NCBI GenBank assembly: GCA_018672055.1 | Contig: JABHGM010000001.1 | Location: 608,977-672,976 of the forward strand | Reading direction: 5' to 3' | Source: a bacterium | GTDB taxonomy: Bacteria > Patescibacteriota > Patescibacteriia > UBA1558 > UBA10009 | Length of the DNA stretch: 64,000 nt | In this document: positions 38,955-48,500 of the stretch, piece after piece | Layout of the letters: each line of letters begins with the position of its first letter | How positions within the stretch are numbered: position 1 is the stretch's first letter | The notes under the pieces: model-generated | The model's input: the letters and a program-made list of their open reading frames with translations, nothing else | The model's database searches: none | Told to the model about the DNA's origin: nothing | Translations under genes and position numbers: made by a program

Positions 38955-39987
38955 AATAATTCAAAATAGAAAATATTGGTTTAGTCTATCAGGTATCCTG
39001 GTTGTACTTAGTATTGTGTTTATATTAATCTGGGGATTAAAGTTAGGTATTGATTTTACTGGAGGTAGTTTACTTGAAATTGAATTTAGTAATACAAGAC
39101 CTAGCAATGAAGAAATAGATACTAAGTTAAGTGATTTAGAATTAACTACACTTAATTTACAACCATCTAATGAATTAGGTTTAATAATTAGAACTGAGTC
39201 AGTTACTGAAGAAAAACATCAAGCTATTTTAAATAAATTAAATGAGTTATTCATAGATTCTGATTTAAATGAAAATAATGAAGAAGGTATTTCTGATAAT
39301 TTAGAGATTGAAGGTGATAATATAGAAAGTTTAACGATTACTCCGGTTGGTGGAGATCAAGAAGTATCATTTGATGCTGAGGTTATTGGTACATCAGTAG
39401 GGGATAATTTAACTGAACTTAGATTTGATTCTATTGGACCTACTATTGGTAATGAATTAAAACAAAGAGCACTTTATGCAATTATAATTGTTTTAATAGC
39501 TATTATTTTCTATATAGCTTATGCTTTCCGTAAGATTTCAGAACCTGTTGAATCTTGGAAATATGGCTTAGCAGCAATTGTTGCTTTAGCTCATGATATT
39601 ATAATCATTACTGGTGCTTACTCTTTACTTGGTTATTTATATGGTTTTCAAGCTGATGCTCTTTTTGTAACAGCACTTTTAACTATACTTGGTTTTTCTG
39701 TTCATGATTCAATTGTTACCTTTGATAGAGTAAGAGAGAATTTACATCGTCATCAAGATGAAACCTTTGAAGTAGTAGTTAATAGATCTGTTAATGAAAC
39801 TATTGTTAGATCATTAAATACCTCACTTACTACTTTATTTGTACTTTTAGCTATTTACTTATTTGGTGGCGAAACTATTCATAATTTTGTATTAACTTTA
39901 ATGCTTGGTGTTATAATTGGTACATATTCCTCAATATTTGTAGCTTCACCTTTACTAGTTGTTTGGTACAAATTAAAGAAATATTAA
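38947..39987 (+). CDS. secF: Protein translocase SecF
   Basis: GIDFTGG, IGPTIG, HD, GFSVHDSIVTFDRVREN, GTYSSIF; start moved to ATG 38947. Confidence 0.95.
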   Translation: MFKIIQNRKYWFSLSGILVVLSIVFILIWGLKLGIDFTGGSLLEIEFSNTRPSNEEIDTKLSDLELTTLNLQPSNELGLIIRTESVTEEKHQAILNKLNELFIDSDLNENNEEGISDNLEIEGDNIESLTITPVGGDQEVSFDAEVIGTSVGDNLTELRFDSIGPTIGNELKQRALYAIIIVLIAIIFYIAYAFRKISEPVESWKYGLAAIVALAHDIIIITGAYSLLGYLYGFQADALFVTALLTILGFSVHDSIVTFDRVRENLHRHQDETFEVVVNRSVNETIVRSLNTSLTTLFVLLAIYLFGGETIHNFVLTLMLGVIIGTYSSIFVASPLLVVWYKLKKY

Positions 39988-40127
39988 TATAATATATATA
40001 GTAATAAGTCTAGTTAAAAGCTGGGCTTTTATAATTACTTGACGATATTAATGATTTATGCTATACTTAGCGCATAATCTAAATATTTAGCTATTTTTAG
40101 CTAATATTAGAGCATAAATATAACAAT

Positions 40128-41237
40128 ATGGAAACACAAGATTCAATACTAGATACAATTATTTCAACTAAGCAGGCAACTGTTTTAAATGAATTTAGTC
40201 CAAAGAAATTGGTTAATTTATTTTTGCAACTCCTTTCTACACGTGAGAAGGAGATTATTATTTTACGTCATGGTTTAGATGGTAATAGTAAAAGAACTTT
40301 AGAAAAAATTGGTAATAAATTTAATGTTACTCGTGAGAGAATTAGACAAATTGAGAACTCTGCTTTAAAGAAAATTAAAAAAAGTTCTGAATTTATTGAT
40401 GCATTAGAAGGTATTGAGTCTATTTTTAATCAAACATTAGAGGAACATGGTGGTATAATGCCGGAGTTTCTATTAATTGAAAGATCATTATCAACTGTTA
40501 ATGATACTACTGAAAATAAAGCATATGCTAGTTTTCTATTAAATTATTTAGTTAAAGAAAGTTTTAGTTTTGCACCTAATGATAGTAATTATGAATCAAT
40601 TTGGAAACTATCTTCAAGTTCAATGGATGATTTTGATAGTTTAAGAAATAAAGTTTTACAAGTGTTAGAAGGATATAATAAGCCAGTAACTATAGAAAAT
40701 ATTTATAAAAATCTATTAGATGATGATAAATTTCCAACTGATGATTTATCTGAAAGTATTTTAGATTCATTACTTCATTTAGCTAAGAAAATAGATTCAA
40801 ATCCATTTGATGAATGGGGTCTTAGTGATTGGAATACAATTACTTTAAAGAAAATTAGTGATAAGGTTTATTTAATTCTTAAAAAAGAAGGTAAACCATT
40901 ACATTTTAATAAAATTGCTAAGAAAATAGATTCAGTAACTCCTAGTAAAAAGAATGCAAATCCAGCAACTATACATAATGAATTAATTTTGGATGAAAAA
41001 TATGTTTTAGTTGGTCGTGGTATGTATGGACTTAAAGAGTGGGGTTATAAACCAGGTACTGTTGGTGATGTAATAACTGAAATTTTAAAGAACAACGATA
41101 AGCCATTAAGTAGAGATGAAATAATTGAACAAGTTTTAGATAAAAGATTTGTTAAAAAAAGTACAATTATTTTAGCTTTAATGGATAAATCAAAATTTAC
41201 CAGAGATGAAGAAGGTAAATATCTTTTGAAAAACTAA
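40128..41237 (+). CDS. Sigma70 region-4 HTH plus HARE-HTH (RNAP delta-like) protein
   Basis: TLEKIG..FNVTRERIRQIE; PLHF..IA, TIHNELI...YVLVGRGMYGL.EWG; promoter TTGACG..TGcTATACT at 40039-40067. Confidence 0.85.
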   Translation: METQDSILDTIISTKQATVLNEFSPKKLVNLFLQLLSTREKEIIILRHGLDGNSKRTLEKIGNKFNVTRERIRQIENSALKKIKKSSEFIDALEGIESIFNQTLEEHGGIMPEFLLIERSLSTVNDTTENKAYASFLLNYLVKESFSFAPNDSNYESIWKLSSSSMDDFDSLRNKVLQVLEGYNKPVTIENIYKNLLDDDKFPTDDLSESILDSLLHLAKKIDSNPFDEWGLSDWNTITLKKISDKVYLILKKEGKPLHFNKIAKKIDSVTPSKKNANPATIHNELILDEKYVLVGRGMYGLKEWGYKPGTVGDVITEILKNNDKPLSRDEIIEQVLDKRFVKKSTIILALMDKSKFTRDEEGKYLLKN

Positions 41238-41260
41238 AATATTAAAATAAAAAAAATAAA

Positions 41261-42835
41261 ATGGAGATTACTATTGACTTAAGTCTACTTACTTTTCTTG
41301 CCAATAACAGCTTAGGCAGTATTATTTGGAATATTTTTAGCCACGGTGGGTGGCTTGTTTTAGTTATATTAATATTTGTCACAGCATATTATATATACTT
41401 TGAGCGTAAAAAACAGAAGTTTATTAATAGTATAGAACATACAATGTTAGCTATTGATATACCTAAAGATAATGAACAAAGCTTAGTTGCAGTTGAACAA
41501 ATATTTGCTCATTTAACTGGAATAGGTAAACGTCTAAATTTAATTGAGAAGTATATTAAAGGTGAAACACCTTTAACTATAAGTTTAGAAATTATTTCCT
41601 TAGAGGGGTATATTCAATTTTTAATAAGAACTCCTGTAAAGTATAAAGATTTAGTTGAAGCTTCTATTTATGCTCAATATCCTGAAGCAGAAATTACTGA
41701 AGTTGAAGATTATATAAGCATGATGCCTGATGATGTTCATGATAAAGAATCTGATTTTAATATTTGGGGAACTGAATTTAGATTAGCTAAAGAAGACTGT
41801 TATCCAATTAAGACATATAGAAACTTTGAACATCCTTTAACTCAAATTTTTGTAGATCCTATGGCAGCTTTACTTGAAGTTATGAGTAAGTTGTCAAAAG
41901 GAGAACAATTAGGTATACAACTTGTAATACAACCAATATCTGATAATTGGAAAGAAAAAGGTTATCATTTAGTTAAAAAGTTAATTGGTGAAAAATCAGA
42001 GACTAAAGATCATATAGGTGATAAATTTGTAAAAAGTTCTCTAAAAACTTTAGAGGCTTTTTCTGAAGGTGTTATAAAAATATGGGGTGATATTGAAGAA
42101 AAGGATCCTGATAGAGATATGAAAAATCTTATACAAAATCTAACCCCTGGTGAAAAAAACGTAGTTGAAGCTATTCAACATAAATTATCACAACTTACTT
42201 TTGCTACTAAGTTAAGAGTATATTATTTAGCGCATAATGAAGTATTCCATAAAGGTAGAGGTGTTAGTTCTGTAGTTGGAGCAATTAATCAATTTAGTAC
42301 TTCTAATTTAAATTCATTTAAGAAAGATAAAAATGTTCAGACTAAGGTAGAATACTTTTTCAAAAAAAGAAGAGTTTCTGGTAGGCAAAAGAAATTCGTA
42401 TCAAATTACAAAGCTAGATCATTTACTAGAGGCTCAACTCCATTTATGTTATCAATTGAAGAGTTAGCTACTATATATCATTTCCCTATAATAACAGTTA
42501 AAGCACCAATGCTTAAAAAAGTTGAAGCTAAAAAGAGTGGTCCACCAACTACTTTACCTGCTGAAATGATTAAGTCTAAAGAATATTTTAAACAAATCTC
42601 TGAAACTGAAAAAGAAGATGTTGATGAAATTGATAATGAATTTAGTGGTGATGAGGAAGTTAAAGAGCCTGATCATGTAATTTCTGAGACTTTACCAGGA
42701 TATGATTTTGATAATGATTATTATGAAAAAAAGTTTGCAAAAGATAATTCAAAAATACGTAATGAAACTATTACTAAAGAAATAGTAAGAGAAAATGCTA
42801 CTCCACCTGATAATTTACCTTTTATAAATAATTAA
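41261..42835 (+). CDS. Membrane-anchored partner protein of TrwB-like ATPase
   Basis: N-terminal TM; SLEI, IYAQYPEAEI.EV.DY, YPIKTY, EELATIYHFP, PPDNLP. Confidence 0.78.
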   Translation: MEITIDLSLLTFLANNSLGSIIWNIFSHGGWLVLVILIFVTAYYIYFERKKQKFINSIEHTMLAIDIPKDNEQSLVAVEQIFAHLTGIGKRLNLIEKYIKGETPLTISLEIISLEGYIQFLIRTPVKYKDLVEASIYAQYPEAEITEVEDYISMMPDDVHDKESDFNIWGTEFRLAKEDCYPIKTYRNFEHPLTQIFVDPMAALLEVMSKLSKGEQLGIQLVIQPISDNWKEKGYHLVKKLIGEKSETKDHIGDKFVKSSLKTLEAFSEGVIKIWGDIEEKDPDRDMKNLIQNLTPGEKNVVEAIQHKLSQLTFATKLRVYYLAHNEVFHKGRGVSSVVGAINQFSTSNLNSFKKDKNVQTKVEYFFKKRRVSGRQKKFVSNYKARSFTRGSTPFMLSIEELATIYHFPIITVKAPMLKKVEAKKSGPPTTLPAEMIKSKEYFKQISETEKEDVDEIDNEFSGDEEVKEPDHVISETLPGYDFDNDYYEKKFAKDNSKIRNETITKEIVRENATPPDNLPFINN

Positions 42836-42836
42836 T

Positions 42837-44504
42837 ATGGCAGATCAAGATATAACATTACTAGCTCAAACAAATTTCAGAAATGATTCTGTAAAGTTTG
42901 GCATGAAAGAAGATGATAGAAGACGTCATACTTATGTTTTGGGTAAAACAGGTATGGGTAAAACAAATCTTTTAGAAAGTATGATTATTCAAGATATTCA
43001 AGCTGGACGTGGTGTTGCTGTAGTTGATCCTCATGGAGAATTAGTTGAAGGTATTTTAAAATATATTCCTAACGACAGAATAAATGATGTAATCTATTTT
43101 AATCCAGCTGATTATGATTTTCCTATTGCTTTTAATGTATTAGAGCAAGTTAGTGCTGAATATAGGCATTTAGTTGCTTCAGGTTTACTAGGTGTATTTC
43201 AAAAGATTTGGGCTGATTCATGGGGACCTAGACTTGAATATGTTTTAAATAATGCAATTTTAGCTTTACTTGAATACCCAGGTAGTACTTTACTTGGAGT
43301 TATGAAAATGTTAGTAGACAAGGAATATAGAAAAAAAGTAGTAGCTAAAATAACAGATCCTGTTGTTAAATCATTTTGGATTGATGAATATTCTAAATAT
43401 CCTGACAGATTTCAAACTGAAGCTATTGCTCCAATTCAGAATAAAGTTGGTAGATTTCTTTCATCATCTATGATGAGAAATATTGTTGGTCAAGTTAAAT
43501 CTGCAATTGATATTCGTGAAATAATGGATGGTAAGAAAATACTTTTACTTAATTTAAGTAAGGGTAGAATTGGTGAAGACAATTCAGCTTTACTTGGAGC
43601 TATGATGGTTACTAAGATGCAACTTGCTGCTATGAGTAGAGTAGATATACCAGAAGAAGAACGTAATGACTTTTATCTCTATGTTGATGAATTTCAAAAT
43701 TTTGCTACTGATTCCTTTGCAAATATTTTATCTGAAGCTCGTAAATATCGTTTAAATATTATTATTGCTCATCAATATATAGAACAGTTAGGTGATATAG
43801 TAAGAGCAGCTGTATTTGGTAATGTAGGTACTATTATAACTTTTAGGATTGGCGCTGAAGATGCTGATTTCTTAGTAAAAGAATTTACACCTAGATTTGA
43901 TGAAACAGATTTAGTAAATTTACCTAAGTTTAATATTTATCTAAAATTAATGATTGATGGAGTTTCTTCAGAACCATTTTCAGCTAGCACTTTTAAAGCT
44001 AGTGATATTTCAAATCAACCAGAAGACTTAGATACAGATGTTCTAATTGATAAAATAATTAAAGTTACTCGAGAAAGGTATGCAACTCAAAGAACTGTAA
44101 TTGAAGAAAAGATTATTAGATGGAGTGGAGTTAATGATGAAAAACCAGAGCCTAAAAAGGATAATAAGTTCAGAAAACCGAATAATTTTAAGAATAATAA
44201 TGATAGTAGACAAAATAATTTAAATAAGGTAAATTGTAGTTCCTGTGCTAAAGAGACCTTTGTTTCTTTTGTACCTGATGGTAAACGTCCTGTATATTGT
44301 AAGGATTGTTTAAATAAGGTTAAAGAGCAAAAAAATACGCCTCCACCTAGAATTGATATAAGTGATAAGGTAAATAATATGAAAAGTATTTCTTTAAAGG
44401 ATGCTTTAAATGATGATGAAACAGTTGATTTTAAGAATAATAAGAAAGTAGTCAAAGAAGACCCAAAAACACTAGACTCAGGGAATATAGTTAACTTTAA
44501 GTAA
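42837..44504 (+). CDS. TrwB/VirD4-like (HerA-FtsK superfamily) ATPase with C-terminal CxxC-x17-CxxC zinc ribbon
   Basis: Walker A GKTGMGKT, DPHG, Walker B LYVDEFQNF, SEARKY, AHQ; CSSC-17-CKDC. Confidence 0.9.
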   Translation: MADQDITLLAQTNFRNDSVKFGMKEDDRRRHTYVLGKTGMGKTNLLESMIIQDIQAGRGVAVVDPHGELVEGILKYIPNDRINDVIYFNPADYDFPIAFNVLEQVSAEYRHLVASGLLGVFQKIWADSWGPRLEYVLNNAILALLEYPGSTLLGVMKMLVDKEYRKKVVAKITDPVVKSFWIDEYSKYPDRFQTEAIAPIQNKVGRFLSSSMMRNIVGQVKSAIDIREIMDGKKILLLNLSKGRIGEDNSALLGAMMVTKMQLAAMSRVDIPEEERNDFYLYVDEFQNFATDSFANILSEARKYRLNIIIAHQYIEQLGDIVRAAVFGNVGTIITFRIGAEDADFLVKEFTPRFDETDLVNLPKFNIYLKLMIDGVSSEPFSASTFKASDISNQPEDLDTDVLIDKIIKVTRERYATQRTVIEEKIIRWSGVNDEKPEPKKDNKFRKPNNFKNNNDSRQNNLNKVNCSSCAKETFVSFVPDGKRPVYCKDCLNKVKEQKNTPPPRIDISDKVNNMKSISLKDALNDDETVDFKNNKKVVKEDPKTLDSGNIVNFK

Positions 44505-45989
44505 ATGAATGATTATAGAAAATTAAGATTTTTTGAAATGATTCCAGGCATATTAGTCTGGATTACTTTAATTTTGGCAGTTGTTGGTTCTATATTTGCT
44601 CCACTTATTACCATTTATTTTATAATTCTCTTTGATCTATTTTGGTTAATGAGAATTATTTATTTAGTTATTCATCTATTAATTTCATGGAAAAGATTTA
44701 AACTTGATTCTAAGATTAATTGGTTAGAAAAGCTATATGAAGTTAAAGATAAGGATTATAGAGATTATTATCATTTAATATTCTTACCTACTTTTGGTGA
44801 GCCATATGAAGTGGTTGATAAAACATTTAGTTCTTTGATTAAAGTAAATTATCAAACTAAAAAATTTATTATTGTTTTAGCTGGTGAAGAAGGGGATAAA
44901 GAAAATTTCTTAAAGATATCAAGCAAGATTAAAGAAAAATATGCTGATAAATTTTATAAACTTTTAATAACAATCCATCCTAAGAATTTACCAGGCGAAG
45001 TACCTGGCAAGGGTTCTAATACAAATTATGCTGGGCATAAATCACAAGAATTAATTGATGAATTAAAAATTCCTTATAGTAAAGTTATAGTATCATCATT
45101 TGATATTGATACTTGTGTTTATCCTGATTATTTTGCTTATTTAACATACAAATATTTAACTCATCCAAAACCTGAACACTCTAGTTTTCAACCTCTTGCT
45201 TTCTATCATAATAATATTTGGGAAAGTGATATTATAACTCGTGTAGTAGCTAATTCAACTACATTTTGGTTAATGACTGATTTAGCTAGATCTGAAAGAT
45301 TATTTACATTTTCTTCGCATAGTATGAGTTTTAATACTTTGGTTAAAGTTGGTTTTTGGCAAAAAGATATTGTTACTGAAGATTCAAGAATATTTTTACA
45401 ATGCTTACTTCATTATGATGGTGATTATGCAGTAACTCCAATGTATATTCCTGTTTCTATGAATACTGTATATATGGGTAATTTTTGGACTAGTGTTAAG
45501 AATCAATATAAGCAAATGAGAAGATGGGCTTGGGGCGTTGAACATATACCATATTTAATGATGAATCTAAAAAAACATCCTAAGATGCCTTTTAAAAAGA
45601 AGTTTTATTATTTTAATAATCAATTAGAAGGTGTCTACTCATGGGCTACTGCACCACTAATTATTTTTATTCTTGGTCGCTTACCTCTACTTGTAGCTGA
45701 TAAGTCCGTCCAGGGCACTGTATTGGCTCAGAACGCACCTATAATACTTCAATGGTTAATGAATATTGCTTTAATTGGCCTTATTTTAACAGCAGTATTT
45801 AGTACTAGAATATTACCTCAAAAACCACATAGTAAGAGTTTATTATATTATCCTTTAATGTTAATTCAGTGGATACTTTTTCCAATAACTATGGTTATAT
45901 TCGGTTCGTTTCCAGCAATTGATGCTCAAACTAGATTAATGCTTGGTGGTAAGTATAGATTAGGATTTTGGGTTACAGAGAAAAAGTAA
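44505..45989 (+). CDS. Membrane processive glycosyltransferase family 2
   Basis: DID, TED and QMRRW motifs; TM helices at both ends. Confidence 0.88.
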   Translation: MNDYRKLRFFEMIPGILVWITLILAVVGSIFAPLITIYFIILFDLFWLMRIIYLVIHLLISWKRFKLDSKINWLEKLYEVKDKDYRDYYHLIFLPTFGEPYEVVDKTFSSLIKVNYQTKKFIIVLAGEEGDKENFLKISSKIKEKYADKFYKLLITIHPKNLPGEVPGKGSNTNYAGHKSQELIDELKIPYSKVIVSSFDIDTCVYPDYFAYLTYKYLTHPKPEHSSFQPLAFYHNNIWESDIITRVVANSTTFWLMTDLARSERLFTFSSHSMSFNTLVKVGFWQKDIVTEDSRIFLQCLLHYDGDYAVTPMYIPVSMNTVYMGNFWTSVKNQYKQMRRWAWGVEHIPYLMMNLKKHPKMPFKKKFYYFNNQLEGVYSWATAPLIIFILGRLPLLVADKSVQGTVLAQNAPIILQWLMNIALIGLILTAVFSTRILPQKPHSKSLLYYPLMLIQWILFPITMVIFGSFPAIDAQTRLMLGGKYRLGFWVTEKK

Positions 45990-46907
45990 TTATTTTAAAT
46001 AGCCATTTATATATTCTTTAGCTGACATTATATTTTTACCCTCTATTTGAAGAGAATTAATACTTATTGATTTATCTTTTGTTTGGACAATTAATTGTCC
46101 ATTTTTATTTACTAATTTACCAATCTCAGAATCAAAGTTTTTACTTAATGAAGCACTATGTATTTTAATATTCTTTTCTTGATTATTGATTATAGTTTTA
46201 AAATAGGTTCCAGGCCATGGGTAATAAGCTCTTATCATTCTTTCAATTTCTTCTGCTGTTTGTTGCCAATTAATTAATCCATCTTCTCTCTTTAATATTT
46301 TTGAAAATGTAGCTTTACTATGATCTTGCTCTTTAACTTTAATATTATTTTTTAAATACTTTGGTAATATTTTAATTAGAATTTCTGCGCCTTTAATTGA
46401 TAATTTATCATGTAAGCTATCTGCTGTTTCATATTTTTCTAGTTTTACTTTTTTTTGCTTTACTATTGGTCCGTGATCCATGTCTTTATCCAGTTTAATA
46501 ATTGTAACAGAAGTTTTTTTATCACCATTTAGAATAGTTGTTTGAATAGGTGAGGGACCTCTGTATTTAGGCAAAGCTGAAGGATGTAGATTAAGGCAAC
46601 CTACTTTAAATTGTTTAAGTATTTTTTCTGAAAGAAAATCTCCATAAGCTACTACAATACCCAAATCAGGTTTTTCTTTAACTAAAAAATTAGCTAATTT
46701 ATTTAAATCATGAATTACTTCTAGATTATATGATTTAGCTAATTGTTTTATCTTAGTTTCTTGTAATGTTTGAGCTCTGCCAATCTTTTTATCACTTTGA
46801 GTTACTACAGCTATTATATTATATTTATTATCAACTAGTTTTTTAAGTGTTGGCATACTAAATTCAGGAGTACCAAAAAAAACTATTTTTTTTTCTTTAT
46901 AATTCAT
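45990..46907 (-). CDS. fmt: Methionyl-tRNA formyltransferase
   Basis: FFGTPEF, VAYG, NLHPSALPKYRGPSPIQ, PWPG. Confidence 0.96.
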   Translation of the reverse strand: MNYKEKKIVFFGTPEFSMPTLKKLVDNKYNIIAVVTQSDKKIGRAQTLQETKIKQLAKSYNLEVIHDLNKLANFLVKEKPDLGIVVAYGDFLSEKILKQFKVGCLNLHPSALPKYRGPSPIQTTILNGDKKTSVTIIKLDKDMDHGPIVKQKKVKLEKYETADSLHDKLSIKGAEILIKILPKYLKNNIKVKEQDHSKATFSKILKREDGLINWQQTAEEIERMIRAYYPWPGTYFKTIINNQEKNIKIHSASLSKNFDSEIGKLVNKNGQLIVQTKDKSISINSLQIEGKNIMSAKEYINGYLK

Positions 46908-47400
46908 TTATCTTGGCTAACTTTTTTAATTCTTTAATCTTATTCTTTCCTTTATTATACTTAAATATTTTATCAATAAATAAGATACCATTTAAATGAT
47001 CAATCTCATGTTGAATTACAGTAGCAAGTAATCCAGAAGCTCTTAGCCATTTACGCTTTCCATTTTTATCTTGATATCTAATATATACTTTTTTTGGTCT
47101 TTTAACTAAGCCAAAAATATTTGGAAATGACAAACAACCTTCTTCATATGTTGATTTTCTGAAAATGTTCTTCCAAATTATATTAGGGTTGATAATTGCT
47201 TTTGGACCATCATGAAAATTAATGATACAAATTCTAAGATCACTGTTTACTTGGTTAGCAGCTAAGCCTAAACCATCCTTTTTAAGCATTGTTTCGGACA
47301 TCTCTTTAATGAATAACTGAAATTCTTTACTTAGAATGTCCTTTACTTTTTTGGTTTTTTTCCTTAAAATCTTATTAGGATAATAGATTACATCTAACAT
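46897..47400 (-). CDS. def: Peptide deformylase
   Basis: GLGLAANQ, EGCLS, QHEIDHLNG. Confidence 0.96.
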   Translation of the reverse strand: MLDVIYYPNKILRKKTKKVKDILSKEFQLFIKEMSETMLKKDGLGLAANQVNSDLRICIINFHDGPKAIINPNIIWKNIFRKSTYEEGCLSFPNIFGLVKRPKKVYIRYQDKNGKRKWLRASGLLATVIQHEIDHLNGILFIDKIFKYNKGKNKIKELKKLAKINEL

Positions 47401-47419
47401 AGTTTAATATTACAATAAA

Positions 47420-47677
47420 ATGAATAATTTTAATAGTTTCAAAGATATTATCACATCTAAGCAAGATGTAAAGCCACCTGCATATAAGTGGCAGCAATTT
47501 GCTTTAGATATAATACGTGAGCTTGATATACCTAATATGAAGAAAAGCTCTGTATTTAAGATATGTAAAGATATGCCTCAGCAACGAGTTCAACAAGCTT
47601 TAACTGATACTAAAGAATTATGTGATAAAGGAGAGAAGTGGAAATACTTTTTTAAAGTAATTAATGAGAATAAATAA
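47420..47677 (+). CDS. Small hypothetical protein
   Basis: 85-aa ORF divergent from def, ending at a bidirectional terminator. Confidence 0.7.
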   Translation: MNNFNSFKDIITSKQDVKPPAYKWQQFALDIIRELDIPNMKKSSVFKICKDMPQQRVQQALTDTKELCDKGEKWKYFFKVINENK

Positions 47678-47703
47678 AAAACATACCTTTAAAGGTATGT
47701 TTT
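47677..47703. terminator. Bidirectional terminator
   Basis: aaaaacatacc-tttaaa-ggtatgtttt. Confidence 0.8.
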
Positions 47704-47707
47704 AAGT

Positions 47708-48499
47708 TTATCTTAAATTTAAATCCATTGTTAAATAACCAACACCAAATGGATATTCATAACTTAGTGTTTCTGATTTATATTTAGTTTCACCTAAAAC
47801 ACCCAGAAGTAATAATATGGAGCTATATAAGCATTCTTCAACTTCATTCAGTAAATTAGTATCAAAGTTTAATATATCTTGATTCTTATTTTTTTCAAGT
47901 AATTCAATAACTAGTTTGTCATACTCTAAACCTTTCTTTGAATAACCTCCGGGAGCATCTTCTGTTAAATTATGTGATAATTCTCCAGTAGCTATTACTG
48001 CAATATGTTTATTTGAATTATTTATTACTTTTCTAATTGCTTTACCGAAGTTATAATGTTCTTTATTTGAAAGTGATGAGTAAGATATTGGTACTATTGA
48101 TATTTCTTGTCCTTGATTTGTTAAATTACTAAGCGGTACAGTAAAATTATATTTTAAATCTTCATCAGTTGATAGAATAACCGGAAATTTAGTTTCCGTT
48201 GCTTCTCTTATTTTATAACCTAATTCTAAGTCATTTTTAAATTCAAATTTAGTTTCCATATCACCAAATTTTTCAAACTGACCTATTAATTTAGGTGAAT
48301 GATTAATAACAAAAGTAGGCTCAATATCTTCATGAGGTGAAGAAAAAATAATAATTGTATCTACATTCCTGTGATATAAATCATTTTTAATTTCTTGGAA
48401 TGCTTTTTGAGTTTTTTTAAGTTTTTCAAAATTATCTTGTCCAATAGTTTTAAGTAAAAGAGGGGAATGTGGCGTAATTGCTGCGCTAACTAATGACAT
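47708..48499 (-). CDS. AmmeMemoRadiSam protein B / LigB-MEMO1 family protein
   Basis: PHSP, SPH, ATGELSH, EC, YEYPFGVGY; start moved to 48499. Confidence 0.85.
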   Translation of the reverse strand: MSLVSAAITPHSPLLLKTIGQDNFEKLKKTQKAFQEIKNDLYHRNVDTIIIFSSPHEDIEPTFVINHSPKLIGQFEKFGDMETKFEFKNDLELGYKIREATETKFPVILSTDEDLKYNFTVPLSNLTNQGQEISIVPISYSSLSNKEHYNFGKAIRKVINNSNKHIAVIATGELSHNLTEDAPGGYSKKGLEYDKLVIELLEKNKNQDILNFDTNLLNEVEECLYSSILLLLGVLGETKYKSETLSYEYPFGVGYLTMDLNLR

Positions 48500-48500
48500 A

